Assembly: GCA_050012135.1 (NCBI GenBank)
Contig: JBEKHT010000002.1
Coordinates: 71,268-135,267 of the forward strand
DNA length: 64,000 bases
Origin: Anaerolineales bacterium
GTDB taxonomy: Bacteria > Chloroflexota > Anaerolineae > Anaerolineales > RBG-16-64-43
Direction of reading: 5' to 3'
Part shown: piece after piece, positions 27,735-37,789 of the stretch
Layout: each line of letters starts with the position of its first letter
Numbering within the stretch: the stretch's first letter is position 1
The notes under the pieces: generated by a model
Database searches by the model: none
The model's input: only the letters and a program-made list of their open reading frames with translations
What the model was told of the DNA's origin: nothing
Translations under genes and position numbers: made by a program

Positions 27735-29063
27735 GTGATTGATTGGCGCAGCGCCGAGGACGAAGCTCTCCGCCACCTTCAGGCTCTAATCCGTATCAAT
27801 ACGGTCAATCCTCCAGGCAACGAACTCGAGGCAGCCCGCTACCTCGCTTCCGTTTTGGATCGAGAGCACCTGCCGCCGGTTGTGATCGAATTTGAACCCG
27901 GCCGAGGGAATGTCGTCGCCCGCCTGCAAGGCACCGGATCCGAGGATCCGCTCCTGCTCTACGGGCACACGGACGTTGTCCCCGTCGAGCGAGATCACTG
28001 GACGCACGACCCCTTTGGGGGGGAGCTCGTGGATGGGTGCATCTGGGGAAGAGGGGCCCTGGACATGAAGGCCATGGTGGTTCAGAGCCTGATGACGATC
28101 ATCCTGCTGAAGCGCTCAGGAGTTCAATTGCGGCGCGATTTGATCTTTGCGGCCACTGGAGATGAAGAGGTTGACGGGAGCGGGATTCGCTTCCTCGTCG
28201 ACCGCCACCCGGCTCTGATCCAGGCGGGTTGGGGCCTAACAGAAATGGGTGGCTTCACCCAGCACCTGCACGGCAAGCGCATCTACCCAATCAAGACGGC
28301 GGAGAAAGGCGCACTCTGGCTGCGTCTATCTTTCGAGGGGAGCCCGGGCCACGGTTCCATCCCCCACGAGGACAACGTGGTTGGGAAAATGGCTGAAGCC
28401 GTTCGCCGCCTGGGCCGCACGAACCTAGGCTATCGCGTCACGCCTCACGCCAGGGCGTATCTGCGGGCAATTGGTCGGACCTTAGGTGGGTGGCAAGGCC
28501 TCGTACTGGAGCATATTCCGACCCGCCGGCTGGTGCATCAAGTTCTCAAAGGGCTGGAGGATTCTGAACTCCGCGATTACTTGGGCGCGGTCCTGCAAGA
28601 CACGGTCACCCCGACGATACTTCGGGCCGGGGAAAAGACCAATGTGATCCCCTCCACAGGGCTGGTTTCCCTGGATTGCAGAACTCTTCCCGGGAGTTCG
28701 TCCTCCGAACTGCTCAAAAGGGTCCAAAGGGCTCTGGGGACGCCCGTGTCCGTAGAAATCGAAACAGACTCTCCGCCACTGGAGATGTCGCCCAACACGG
28801 AGCTCTTTCGCGTACTCGAATCGGCGCTCGTTCAGGGGGATCCCGAAGCAATCGTCGCTCCGTACATGGCCAGTGGCGCAACCGACGCCAAGTTCACCCT
28901 GCCTTTGGGAATCCGCACATACGGCTTCTCTCCCATTCGACTCCTGCCGGGTCAGCCGTACACAGGTCTGATCCATGCCAACGACGAGCGGATCCCAGTG
29001 GAAGGCTTCCTTTGGGGGCTGCACGTGCTTCACTCCGCCGTGGAGCGATTCTGCAGGGTGTGA
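27735..29063 (+). CDS. M20 family metallopeptidase (ArgE/DapE/ACY1/CPG2 family)
   Basis: ORF 27573..29063(+) trimmed to the GTG at 27735, which follows AGGAGG. Motifs: LLLYGHTDVVP..WGRGALDMKA..ATGDEEV. Confidence 0.85.
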   Translation: MIDWRSAEDEALRHLQALIRINTVNPPGNELEAARYLASVLDREHLPPVVIEFEPGRGNVVARLQGTGSEDPLLLYGHTDVVPVERDHWTHDPFGGELVDGCIWGRGALDMKAMVVQSLMTIILLKRSGVQLRRDLIFAATGDEEVDGSGIRFLVDRHPALIQAGWGLTEMGGFTQHLHGKRIYPIKTAEKGALWLRLSFEGSPGHGSIPHEDNVVGKMAEAVRRLGRTNLGYRVTPHARAYLRAIGRTLGGWQGLVLEHIPTRRLVHQVLKGLEDSELRDYLGAVLQDTVTPTILRAGEKTNVIPSTGLVSLDCRTLPGSSSSELLKRVQRALGTPVSVEIETDSPPLEMSPNTELFRVLESALVQGDPEAIVAPYMASGATDAKFTLPLGIRTYGFSPIRLLPGQPYTGLIHANDERIPVEGFLWGLHVLHSAVERFCRV

Positions 29064-29239
29064 CGGATTTCAGGAGAAGGTCGAGCTTGCGGGACTGGAG
29101 GCCTCGCATCGTTGCGCGAGTTTCCGCCCGACCCAATCGGGCAAGGACAATCTCTAGCCTGGGCTCATCGGCTCCGGCCGGGGGCGGTCCAACTGAGCCT
29201 GCCAGCCCGAAGGTGAGCGGGAGTTGCACGTGCCTCCGC

Positions 29240-30373
29240 CTACAGCATCAGGCCATAGCGCTCAAGGGCCAGGTTGAGGATCTCGTTGATCAGCACGTCG
29301 TAGGCCAATCCTTCGGCCCTGGCGATTATGCACATGTCGCTGACCTGCGGGTTCAGGCCGGGCAGAGTATTGATCTCGACCAGGTTGGGTTCCCCCTCGG
29401 CATTCAGGCGGAAATCCACGCGGCTGCAATCGGCCGCCCCAATCGAGAGAAACGCGGAGCGGGTGAGCCGATACATTTCCTTCTGGAGCGCGGGAGGAAT
29501 GTCAGCGGGGCAGAGATAGAGCGGGGCGCCGTCCTCCCCTGGGATGATCAGCTTGGCCTGCGCCCCGTAAACTCCCCGGCCCGCGCCCACATTCGGGTCG
29601 ATCTCCAGAACCGGGAAGTAGTGGAAGCCGTCGTTTCCATAAAGATCCGGGTTCGCCCTGCGCTTGGCGTTGCTGTGATTCCCAATGACGCCCACCGTGA
29701 ACTCGCGCCCGGGCAGAAAACTCTCAACCAGCGCGGGCTGGCGGTAGTCCTGAAGGATGCGTTGAACCTGGTCGCGCAGATCTTGGGGGGTCTGCACAAT
29801 GGAGCTGGGCCCCACGCCTTTTCCCGATCCCTCCCGCAACGGTTTCACGAAAAGAGGAAACCTCAGCGTCGAGCGCAATGTCGACTCGATGTCGCTGAAC
29901 ACCTGGAAGGGCACCGTGGGGAGCCCCCGATCGCGCCATAGCCTCTTGGTGATGGTCTTGTCCAGTGAGATGGCGTTGGCCAGGACGCGCGAGCCCGTGT
30001 AGGGGATGCCCAGCATCTCGAGCAGTGCAGGCACCTGAGCCTCGCGGGAATCGCCATGCAGGCCCTCGCAAATGTTGAAGCAGATGTCCGGGCGCGTCTG
30101 GCGAATGGTGTCAATCAGGGTCACGTCGCCGTTTAGGAAGGTGGCGCGGTGACCAGCCGTGCGCAAGGCCGCAAGCATGGCCTCCACGGTCTCTTCGCGA
30201 TCGTATTCGACAGTCTCATCCGGCGGCGCCTCGTCGGGGTGCGGAACGTCTTTCTTTAGGTTAGCGAGCACCGCGACATGGAGGGGCGGAACGAGGCTGC
30301 GCGGCTCCGCCCGACTTGCGGGGATGGTACCTGATCCAGGGGGCTCCTTTTTTCGCTTTTCGTCTTGCATCAT
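29240..30373 (-). CDS. ATP-grasp enzyme, D-alanine--D-alanine ligase family
   Basis: 377 aa. Motifs: ICFNICEGLHGDSREAQVPALLEMLGIPYTGS..DKTITKRLW..FPLFVKPLREGSGKGV..EINTLPG. Confidence 0.8.
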   Translation of the reverse strand: MMQDEKRKKEPPGSGTIPASRAEPRSLVPPLHVAVLANLKKDVPHPDEAPPDETVEYDREETVEAMLAALRTAGHRATFLNGDVTLIDTIRQTRPDICFNICEGLHGDSREAQVPALLEMLGIPYTGSRVLANAISLDKTITKRLWRDRGLPTVPFQVFSDIESTLRSTLRFPLFVKPLREGSGKGVGPSSIVQTPQDLRDQVQRILQDYRQPALVESFLPGREFTVGVIGNHSNAKRRANPDLYGNDGFHYFPVLEIDPNVGAGRGVYGAQAKLIIPGEDGAPLYLCPADIPPALQKEMYRLTRSAFLSIGAADCSRVDFRLNAEGEPNLVEINTLPGLNPQVSDMCIIARAEGLAYDVLINEILNLALERYGLML

Positions 30374-30521
30374 GCCTCCGCAAACGCTTGAGGGCTTTCC
30401 GCAGGGTCAGGCTTCAGAATTGAGCCATCAGCTCACCCGGCGGGGAGTCTATGTCCCTTCACCTCGCGTGCACCCCGGAATTATAGCGTCCTTTTGCGGT
30501 GGAATGCACCATCCCGGCCGT

Positions 30522-30929
30522 CTAGCCTGCTTTCGCCGGGTGCCGGTTCCATTGGCGAAGGTATTCCAGAACCTGCTGAACGACCTGGCGGGGTGTCATC
30601 TGATCCGTCGCGATCAGGAGGTCGCAATGCTGGCGAGCATGCTCGAGGCGGCGACATTGCTCCTGGTAGTCTTCCAGGCTCCACCGGAATCGCTTGCGTT
30701 CGGTGCAAGTCTCGTAGCTGGCATCCAGGAAGACGAGTGCCCTTGGAGTCCGCCGGTATCTCCAGAGATCCGGGACGCAGGAATGCTCCTGGGCGATCTC
30801 GGCGATCAGCAGGTTGTGCGCCTCCAGCAGCAGGGCGATCGTGGTCTTGCCAGCCCCGCAAGGGCCGACCAGGGCGATCCATAGGGAATCGGGGGTATGA
30901 CTCGAACTCAGAGAGGCATCCGGACCCAA
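30522..30929 (-). CDS. small P-loop NTPase (NMP-kinase-like fold)
   Basis: 135 aa. Walker A is LWIALVGPCGAGKTT and Walker B-like is ALVFLDAS. No Ras-type G4/G5 motifs were seen. The start overlaps the upstream PP2C gene end by 22 nt. Confidence 0.6.
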   Translation of the reverse strand: MGPDASLSSSHTPDSLWIALVGPCGAGKTTIALLLEAHNLLIAEIAQEHSCVPDLWRYRRTPRALVFLDASYETCTERKRFRWSLEDYQEQCRRLEHARQHCDLLIATDQMTPRQVVQQVLEYLRQWNRHPAKAG

Positions 30930-31606
30930 AGCCGCCGCACCTCATCGCCGGTCTCAGGTTGGACCGTGAGCACCAGGACGCTGATATCGTCGCCGGGACG
31001 ACCCTCATCCAGATCGACCGCACACCGAAGCAGTTCGTCCGCCCAGCGGTCGACCGGCAATTCGCCTTCGATCATGGAGGTCAGCGCAGCGCGGATGGCC
31101 AGGGGAGATCCCTTGCGTTCCCCGGCGTGAGTTAGCCCGTCGGTGTAGGCCAACAGGACCAACCCCGGCTCCAGGAGGATCTCGTTGATCACAGGGCGAA
31201 TGTCTCGCCTGGTTCCGACTGGAATTGAGGGTTGGTCGATCGCCGCGATCTGGCCCTGCTGGACCACGTACACCGGATCGGGATTGTTGCGGGTGACCAC
31301 GACGCTTCGGGAGGCCAAGTCGACGGAGAGGATATTGAGCGTGGCAACGACCTGCCCGGAGCGCTGCGTGAACAGGTAGTCTGAAGCGGCTCTCGCGGCA
31401 GCCCCGTCACGCACCCCCTCAGCAAGCAGGCTGATGGCTTTGCGTGCCACCAGGTTCGAAATGGTTTTCGCAGATCGGCCCGACCGCTGGCCATCGACAA
31501 GCACGAAGGACAGTCCGCCCCCTGGGCGCTCGATCATTTCGAGCGTGTCACCACTTTCAGGGGTCGCGTACTTGGCGGCCTTGGCAACAGCGACGCGCAG
31601 GTCCAT
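30908..31606 (-). CDS. stand-alone PP2C-type (SpoIIE family) serine phosphatase
   Basis: 232 aa. Motifs: SGDTLEMIERPGGGLSFVLVDGQRSGRSA..ATLNILSVDL..LLAYTDGLTHA..GDDISVLVL. Confidence 0.8.
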   Translation of the reverse strand: MDLRVAVAKAAKYATPESGDTLEMIERPGGGLSFVLVDGQRSGRSAKTISNLVARKAISLLAEGVRDGAAARAASDYLFTQRSGQVVATLNILSVDLASRSVVVTRNNPDPVYVVQQGQIAAIDQPSIPVGTRRDIRPVINEILLEPGLVLLAYTDGLTHAGERKGSPLAIRAALTSMIEGELPVDRWADELLRCAVDLDEGRPGDDISVLVLTVQPETGDEVRRLWVRMPL

Positions 31607-31770
31607 CTTGGCTCAACCAGGATTCTCCGCGGACAGGAGGCCCCGCCCCCGATTCGGCCTCTTGCGACACTTCAAGAATTCTAGCACACCCGCTTGCCCC
31701 CCTCATATTCCTATGGTATCATCCGCGCGTTCTCTTGAGGGCCGTCCTCTCACGCAGCTCGAGGTAGCCG

Positions 31771-32148
31771 ATGGCACCCAAATCCCGCGTCGACCTGATG
31801 GTCTCCCGCCTTCGGGACTTGCAAGGCAGCACAACGGACGTGGAGGCCTCCGCGGTCGTAAGCGTGGATGGTCTGATCATTGCCTCCTCTCTGCCCGCGG
31901 GGATTGAGGAGGACCGGGTTTCCGCCATGTCGGCCGCAATGCTCAGCCTGGGGGAACGAATCTCCAGTGAGTTGGGGAGAGGCACGCTGGATCAGGTCTA
32001 TATCCATGGCAATCACGGCTACGTCCTGCTCATGTCGGTCGGTGTGGACGCTGTGTTGACGGTTCTAGCAAGGGAAGGGGCAAAGCTGGGCCTGGTCTTT
32101 CTGGAGATGAGACGTGCGGCCGAGGATCTCACGAAGCTTGTGGCCTAG
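31771..32148 (+). CDS. Roadblock/LC7 (MglB-like) domain protein
   Basis: 125 aa. Motifs: DVEASAVVSVDGLIIASSLPAGIEEDRVSAMSAAMLSLGERI..LDQVYIHGNHGYVLLMSVG. Confidence 0.8.
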   Translation: MAPKSRVDLMVSRLRDLQGSTTDVEASAVVSVDGLIIASSLPAGIEEDRVSAMSAAMLSLGERISSELGRGTLDQVYIHGNHGYVLLMSVGVDAVLTVLAREGAKLGLVFLEMRRAAEDLTKLVA

Positions 32149-32203
32149 AAATGTGCTTACGATTTCCGGTCCGGGCTCCACCCGGGCGGAGCAGACGCCA
32201 GAT

Positions 32204-32230
32204 GGGGAGGTGGTGAATACCAGCCTCCCC
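32204..32230 (+). terminator. GC-rich hairpin between the Roadblock gene and pyrG (terminator or pyrG leader attenuator candidate)
   Basis: ggggagg (32204-32210) pairs with cctcccc (32224-32230) around a 13-nt loop. The downstream sequence atctccattattg is only T-moderate. Confidence 0.3.
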
Positions 32231-32259
32231 ATCTCCATTATTGTCGGGAGGGAGGGCGG

Positions 32260-33927
32260 ATGACCCAGTACGTTTTCTTCACGGGCGGGGTGGTCAGCTC
32301 GGTCGGCAAGGGGGTAACAGCCGCGGCCCTCGGCCGGCTCCTGAAAGAGCGCGGGTTTCGGGTCGCTGTCCAGAAGCTTGATCCCTACATCAATGTCGAT
32401 CCGGGCACGATGAGCCCCTACCAACATGGCGAGGTCTACGTGTTGGACGACGGGGCGGAGACTGATCTCGATCTGGGACATTACGAGCGCTTCATCGACA
32501 TCAGCCTCAGTCGGGTATGCAATGTCACCAGCGGGCAGGTCTACGCGGAGGTGATCTCCAAGGAGAGACGCGGGGACTTCCTGGGAGGCACGATCCAGGT
32601 CATCCCCCACGTGACCAACGAAATCAAGCAACGGATCGGCCTGGTGGGAAAGAGCTTGGATGCCGAAATCGTATTGGTTGAGGTGGGGGGAACGGTCGGC
32701 GACATCGAGTCACTTCCCTTTCTGGAGGCCTTGCGCCAGATGCGCTCCGATGTCGGCCGCAACAACACGTTCTACGTTCATGTAACCTGGCTTCCGTACA
32801 TCGGGGCGACCCGCGAGCTCAAGACCAAGCCGACACAGCACTCGGTTCGGGAGCTGCGCTCGATTGGAATCTCGCCCGACATGATTGTGGCTCGCTCGGA
32901 CTATCCGGTCGACGGAGACCTGCGCTCCAAGATCGCACTCTTCTGCGACGTGGAGATGCGGGCCGTGGTGCCTTTGGTGACGTCGCCGACTGTCTATCAG
33001 GTGGTGCTGGAGTTGGAGCACGCCGGTGTGGCCGACTTTGTCCTGGAGAGACTCGGGCTAACACCCCGGAAGCAACCAAACTGGGAGGATTGGCAGGATC
33101 TTGTCGCCCGCGCTCTGGTGTCCAAACCCAAAGTGCGCATCGCGCTGGTCGGGAAATACGTTGAGCTGCGCGATGCCTACATGAGTGTCCGGGAAGCCCT
33201 GAATCATGCGGGACTGGCTCTCGGCCGCGAGATCGAGATGCTTTGGGTCCACTCCGCCGAACTGGAAAAGGGAAAGGGCTGGGAGGCGCTGCGCGAGGCG
33301 GATGGGATTGTAGTCCCGGGGGGATTCGGCTCGCGGGGCATTGAGGGAAAAATCCTAGCCGCCAAGTATGCGCGAGAGAACAAGGTTCCTTACCTGGGAC
33401 TCTGCCTGGGGATGCAGGTGATGGTTATCGAGTTTGCTCGACACGCGCTGGGAAGTGAGGAAGCCAACTCGACGGAGTTTGATCGAGGGACTCCTCATCC
33501 GGTGATTGACCTGATGCCGGAACAACGTGCGATCGCAGACATGGGCGGGACCATGCGGCTGGGACTGTATCCCTGCGTGCTGCAGCCGGGGACCAGAGCG
33601 GCCGAAGCCTATGGGCTGGAGCGCACCGAGGAACGGCACCGCCATCGCTTTGAGTTCAACAATGCTTACCGTGAAATCCTGGGCAAGCAAGGAATGATCT
33701 ACTCCGGGATCTCCCCGGACGGGCGTCTGGTTGAGATCGCCGAGATCGCGAACCACCCCTTCATGCTGGGCAGCCAGTTTCACCCCGAGTTCCTCTCGCG
33801 GCCCAACCGCCCTCATCCCCTGTTCCGGGCCTTTATTTCAGCAGCGGTCCAGTACAGCGGCGGCAGGAACGGGAAAGGAGAGTTTCCGAAGCGAGAGGAA
33901 TCGTCTTCGATCCAAACTCGGCCTTGA
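32260..33927 (+). CDS. pyrG: CTP synthase
   Basis: 555 aa. Motifs: [62 protein letters not shown]. Confidence 0.95.
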   Translation: MTQYVFFTGGVVSSVGKGVTAAALGRLLKERGFRVAVQKLDPYINVDPGTMSPYQHGEVYVLDDGAETDLDLGHYERFIDISLSRVCNVTSGQVYAEVISKERRGDFLGGTIQVIPHVTNEIKQRIGLVGKSLDAEIVLVEVGGTVGDIESLPFLEALRQMRSDVGRNNTFYVHVTWLPYIGATRELKTKPTQHSVRELRSIGISPDMIVARSDYPVDGDLRSKIALFCDVEMRAVVPLVTSPTVYQVVLELEHAGVADFVLERLGLTPRKQPNWEDWQDLVARALVSKPKVRIALVGKYVELRDAYMSVREALNHAGLALGREIEMLWVHSAELEKGKGWEALREADGIVVPGGFGSRGIEGKILAAKYARENKVPYLGLCLGMQVMVIEFARHALGSEEANSTEFDRGTPHPVIDLMPEQRAIADMGGTMRLGLYPCVLQPGTRAAEAYGLERTEERHRHRFEFNNAYREILGKQGMIYSGISPDGRLVEIAEIANHPFMLGSQFHPEFLSRPNRPHPLFRAFISAAVQYSGGRNGKGEFPKREESSSIQTRP

Positions 33928-34321
33928 CCTCGCGGGCAGGGGCGAGAGGGAGTCGGCTCTCGCTTTGTTCGTCCGAGGGGCCCGCAGACTGGCCTCGCCT
34001 CAATGTTTTCCTCTGGTCGATCAATTCTCTCATGAACCTTGGGCGTGTCGGATCTCGGCCGAATCCAGACCCCATGCGATCCAGGAGAAGCGTGGCAGCA
34101 CAACGGCCAAAGACCTCCTCGGGGATCCAAGTCGTCGTGACTCCGGCGCAGCCGGCCAGGACCACGTCGTTGTAGCCAATTCCCGGTAGCTGAACGGACA
34201 CATGGATTCCACGAACCTGCGACCCGGAGCCCAGGAGTACCAGCGTTGGACCTTGCTGCTCTTGAAGGACCATTCCCACAATGACGCGGCCCCACTCTCG
34301 CCTGTGCTTTTCCCATTTCAT
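33833..34321 (-). CDS. hypothetical protein (the 3' part is doubtful)
   Basis: 162-aa ORF. The first 100 aa or so look protein-like ([51 protein letters not shown]..). The last 30 aa or so run antisense into the pyrG 3' end, so the true stop may differ. Confidence 0.35.
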   Translation of the reverse strand: MKWEKHRREWGRVIVGMVLQEQQGPTLVLLGSGSQVRGIHVSVQLPGIGYNDVVLAGCAGVTTTWIPEEVFGRCAATLLLDRMGSGFGRDPTRPRFMRELIDQRKTLRRGQSAGPSDEQSESRLPLAPAREVKAEFGSKTIPLASETLLSRSCRRCTGPLLK

Positions 34322-34479
34322 CAGGGCGGAGGATGGCTCGATTCAGAAGGCAGGAGATAAGCGGGAAGGTAAAATTGACATAAATAATCCAAAATGATTA
34401 CAATGCTGCGCAGGCCAGTTTGGGAACGTTTCCACACAACCTTTGCTGTTCCATTGCCAAGAAGTCTTTGGAGGACGAC

Positions 34480-35685
34480 ATGGCTGATTTCAAATACCTG
34501 ATCGTTGGCGGAGGAATGACGGCCGATGCCGCCGTGCGGGGAATCCGGGAGCTGGATCGGTCCGGGACAATCGGGTTGCTGGGCGCCGAGCCCGATCCCC
34601 CCTACGACCGTCCCCCGCTTTCGAAGGGCCTTTGGAAGGGAAAGCCAGTTGAGAAGATCTGGCGCCGCACTTCGGACCAGGGGGTTTCTCTTTGCCTCGA
34701 CCGCCGGGCGGTTTCGATTGAGCGCAGGAACCATGAGGTGATTGACGGTAAAGGGGAAACCTATCGCTACGAGAAGTTGCTGCTGGCCACGGGGGGAACA
34801 CCCCGCCGAATTTCTTCGGCCGCAGAGGGCGTCATCTATTTTCGCAGCCTGCAGGACTACTATGCCCTGCGCCAGATTGTGAGCCCGGGTCGCCACTTGG
34901 CCGTGATCGGAGGAGGGTTCATCGGCTCCGAGTTGGCCGCGGCCATAACCCTGGCCGGAGGGAAGGCCCTGATGATCTTCCCGGAGGCGCACATCGGCGC
35001 CAGGGTATTTCCGGGCGATCTGGGTGCCCACATCGACGAGTATTACCAGGGAAAGGGTGTGGAGCTGAGACGGGAGACCTCTCTGACGAGGATCGAGAAG
35101 AAGGGGGACCGTTTTCGAGTGTGGGCCCAGCCGCAGGCCGGGGGAGGCAAGGAAGAAGTACATGAAGTAGATGGCGTCGTAGCGGGGATCGGGATCCAAC
35201 CCAACGTTGAGCTGGCAAAGCAAGCCGGGCTCGAAGCCGAGGATGGGATCGTGGTTGATCCTCATTTGAGGACCGCCGATCCTTCCATTTTCGCCGCGGG
35301 GGATGTGGCCGCCTTTTGGAACCCTGCGCTCTCCAAACGCATGCGGGTGGAACACGAGGACAACGCCAACACGATGGGTATGGCAGCCGGTAAGGCCATG
35401 GCCGGACAGCTGGAGGAATACACCCACTTGCCCTTCTTCTATTCGGATCTTTTTGATCTCGGCTATGAGGCGGTCGGAGAACTGGACCCGCGGCTGACGG
35501 TCGTCGCGGATTGGAAGAAGCCGGGGCAAGAGGGGGTCCTGTATTACCTCAAGGGTGGGAGGGTGCGAGGAGTCCTCCTTTGGAACGTATGGAATCAAGT
35601 TGCGGCAGCTCGCCAGCTGATTGCCGACCCGGGCCCCTTCGGGAGGGAGAATCTGATCGGCCGGTTGCCAGAGGCCCATAAGTGA
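34480..35685 (+). CDS. FAD-dependent pyridine nucleotide-disulfide oxidoreductase (AIF/ferredoxin-reductase-like)
   Basis: ORF 34420..35685(+) trimmed to MADFKYLIVGGGMTADAAV. A second Rossmann motif is LAVIGGGFIGSELAA, and GDVA is present. Confidence 0.85.
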   Translation: MADFKYLIVGGGMTADAAVRGIRELDRSGTIGLLGAEPDPPYDRPPLSKGLWKGKPVEKIWRRTSDQGVSLCLDRRAVSIERRNHEVIDGKGETYRYEKLLLATGGTPRRISSAAEGVIYFRSLQDYYALRQIVSPGRHLAVIGGGFIGSELAAAITLAGGKALMIFPEAHIGARVFPGDLGAHIDEYYQGKGVELRRETSLTRIEKKGDRFRVWAQPQAGGGKEEVHEVDGVVAGIGIQPNVELAKQAGLEAEDGIVVDPHLRTADPSIFAAGDVAAFWNPALSKRMRVEHEDNANTMGMAAGKAMAGQLEEYTHLPFFYSDLFDLGYEAVGELDPRLTVVADWKKPGQEGVLYYLKGGRVRGVLLWNVWNQVAAARQLIADPGPFGRENLIGRLPEAHK

Positions 35686-35706
35686 GATCGGGGTAAGAGG
35701 ACCTGA

Positions 35707-36306
35707 GTGGAGAACCAACCGCGAAGAATCAAAGAGATGGCCCCGTCCCACCCTCAAGGACCCCAAAGGGTCGCATACACAATTGGGCACTCGACGCGGT
35801 CCCTCGAGGAGTACCTTGGGCTGCTCCGAGCCCAAGGCATCGAGCTTCTGGTCGACGTGAGGACCGTGCCCCGCTCCAGGCACAACCCGCAGTTCAACTC
35901 CGATACTCTCGCGCAGGCGCTGCAAAGCGCGGGGATCGAGTACCGTCATCTTGCGGAGCTGGGAGGACTGAGGAAACCAAGACCCGACTCGGCCAACCTG
36001 GGGTGGCGCAACTCTTCCTTTCGGGGATTTGCCGACTACATGCAATCCGAAGAGTTCAGGGCGGCCCTCGAGTCGCTCCGGCAAGGGGCCGAGCGGCGGG
36101 TGATCTGCTTGATGTGCGCGGAGACGTTGCCCTGGCGCTGCCATCGCTCGCTGATCGCAGATGCGCTGATGGTGCAGGGGATCTCGGTCGAAAACATCTT
36201 TGGGCCAGGGAAAGTGGTTTCGCACAGGATGACACCCTTTGCAAAGGTCGATGGGTCAACCGTGACCTATCCGGCGCAGCCGAGCGGAGGCACGCCAACC
36301 TGCTGA
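35707..36306 (+). CDS. DUF488 family protein
   Basis: 199 aa. Motifs: YTIGHSTRSLEEYLGLLRAQGIELLVDVR..SRHNPQF..CAETLPWRCHRSLIAD. Start is GTG 35707 or ATG 35737. Confidence 0.8.
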   Translation: MENQPRRIKEMAPSHPQGPQRVAYTIGHSTRSLEEYLGLLRAQGIELLVDVRTVPRSRHNPQFNSDTLAQALQSAGIEYRHLAELGGLRKPRPDSANLGWRNSSFRGFADYMQSEEFRAALESLRQGAERRVICLMCAETLPWRCHRSLIADALMVQGISVENIFGPGKVVSHRMTPFAKVDGSTVTYPAQPSGGTPTC

Positions 36307-36833
36307 GATCGGGAATCCGCGATACTGGGCGTCCAAGCCAACAGCTCCAGAAGGAATCCACCGGCGCAGGTAGAAGGGCATGGCTGCGGTGATGGAGGGC
36401 AAAGGGTTATCTCCTGGAGGAAGAGAACAGGCCAAGGGGAATGCGGAAAGCCTACCAAGGGAGGCCGCGTCCCTGTGGGCGGGCTGCAGGGTGCAAGGCC
36501 AACCAAGTTCTGGCCTCATCACGGTGCGAAACGGCATGTTGCGACAAACGGCGCTCAGCGGTTGGGACCGCGCCTAGATTGTCGGCAGGACAAGCTCCAA
36601 GCTGCGCAGAGTCGACCTGGGACGAGGCTGCACAGTGCGCGAAGCGTGGGATTTGTCCTTCCACGGTTCTGAAGCCGCAAGGTGGGCTCCAGCTTGAATG
36701 GCGTGGGAGGGCGCCATCTAGTCGCAACGGGCCGTCGCAGTCGCAGAAAGGAAGCACCCTGGCAGGCGACCGGGGAGGTTGAATTCGTTGTAAGATTGAA
36801 GCAACAATTCCTAACCAAGGGAGGGCGCCCGCG

Positions 36834-37511
36834 ATGGTCAAGATCGCTGCCTCCATTCTTTCCGCGGATTTCTCTCGGCTGGCCGCTCAAATCCAAGAGG
36901 CCGAGGCCGGGGGCGCAGACTACATTCACGTGGACGTGATGGACGGTCACTTCGTTCCCAACCTGACGCTGGGGGCACCGGTCCTGTCCACCATTCGCTC
37001 TGTCTCGCGCTTGCCCTACGATGTCCACCTTATGATTGAATCCCCCGAAAGGTATGTCGACGACTTCGCCCGCGCCGGAGCGGATATCATCACCGTGCAC
37101 CAGGAAGCCTGCATCCACCTGCACCGGGTGATCGAACAGATCAAGGAACTGGGCAAGCGCGCGGGAGTGGCTCTCAATCCTGCTACTCCGGCCGGAAGCC
37201 TCGAGGAAATTCTCCCCTTTGTGGACCTCGTCCTGGTGATGACGGTCAACCCAGGATACGGAGGTCAGTCATTCATACCCACCATGCCCGAAAAGATCGC
37301 GGCAATTCGAAGTCAGATTCTTGATCGCCGCCTGGAGGTGGAGCTGGAGGTGGACGGGGGAATTGCGGCGGAGACGGCCGGAATCGTTGTGGGGGCCGGC
37401 GCTTCTGTGCTGGTCGCGGGCTCGGCCATTTTTCACGATCCGGGCGGCATCCGGACAGCAATCCACCAGTTACGCCAGGCAGCGGCAGCAAGGGCCTCCG
37501 TCGGCTCGTAG
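36834..37511 (+). CDS. rpe: ribulose-phosphate 3-epimerase
   Basis: 225 aa. Motifs: IAASILSADFSRLAAQI..DYIHVDVMDGHFVPNLTLG..VMTVNPGYGGQSF. Confidence 0.9.
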   Translation: MVKIAASILSADFSRLAAQIQEAEAGGADYIHVDVMDGHFVPNLTLGAPVLSTIRSVSRLPYDVHLMIESPERYVDDFARAGADIITVHQEACIHLHRVIEQIKELGKRAGVALNPATPAGSLEEILPFVDLVLVMTVNPGYGGQSFIPTMPEKIAAIRSQILDRRLEVELEVDGGIAAETAGIVVGAGASVLVAGSAIFHDPGGIRTAIHQLRQAAAARASVGS

Positions 37512-37789
37512 CAGCCTGTGTTGCCTCCCATTCCTTTGGGCGCCTCTGGAAGCCCACGGCCATCTCTTGGTTGATGCCCCCCTCGGGTGATGCGACCCTA
37601 TTCATGCGTGCCGACCCGGTGAAGTTCGCCCGGGCGGTCATGACGGCTGTTCTTAGGGGCTGGCAGTCAACATCGCAGCCTCCGCTAGCCCGCGAAGCAG
37701 CCGCGAGTTGTGGACCCGCGGAGGCTGATGACCTGTTGGCCCGAGAGGCCAAGAAGTGGAGGACACCCGTCTTCCACGCAGTGGGTTAG

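Noticed and set aside
34321-36225. 634-aa minus-strand ORF covering the oxidoreductase and DUF488 genes.
   Set aside because: It is a shadow ORF. The plus strand carries unmistakable Rossmann/FAD and DUF488 motifs, while the minus translation is low-complexity. The same reasoning applies to 6738-7877(-), 10575-11285(-) and similar track entries.
36307-36833. A 530-nt ORF-poor gap before rpe, and a similar gap at 56923-57526. I looked for RNase P, SRP, tmRNA or 6S hallmarks.
   Set aside because: I could not find the conserved boxes (e.g. GAGGAAAGTCC, GGAAGCAGCC, or a tRNA-like 3' end). A covariance-model scan would be needed, so an ncRNA cannot be excluded.
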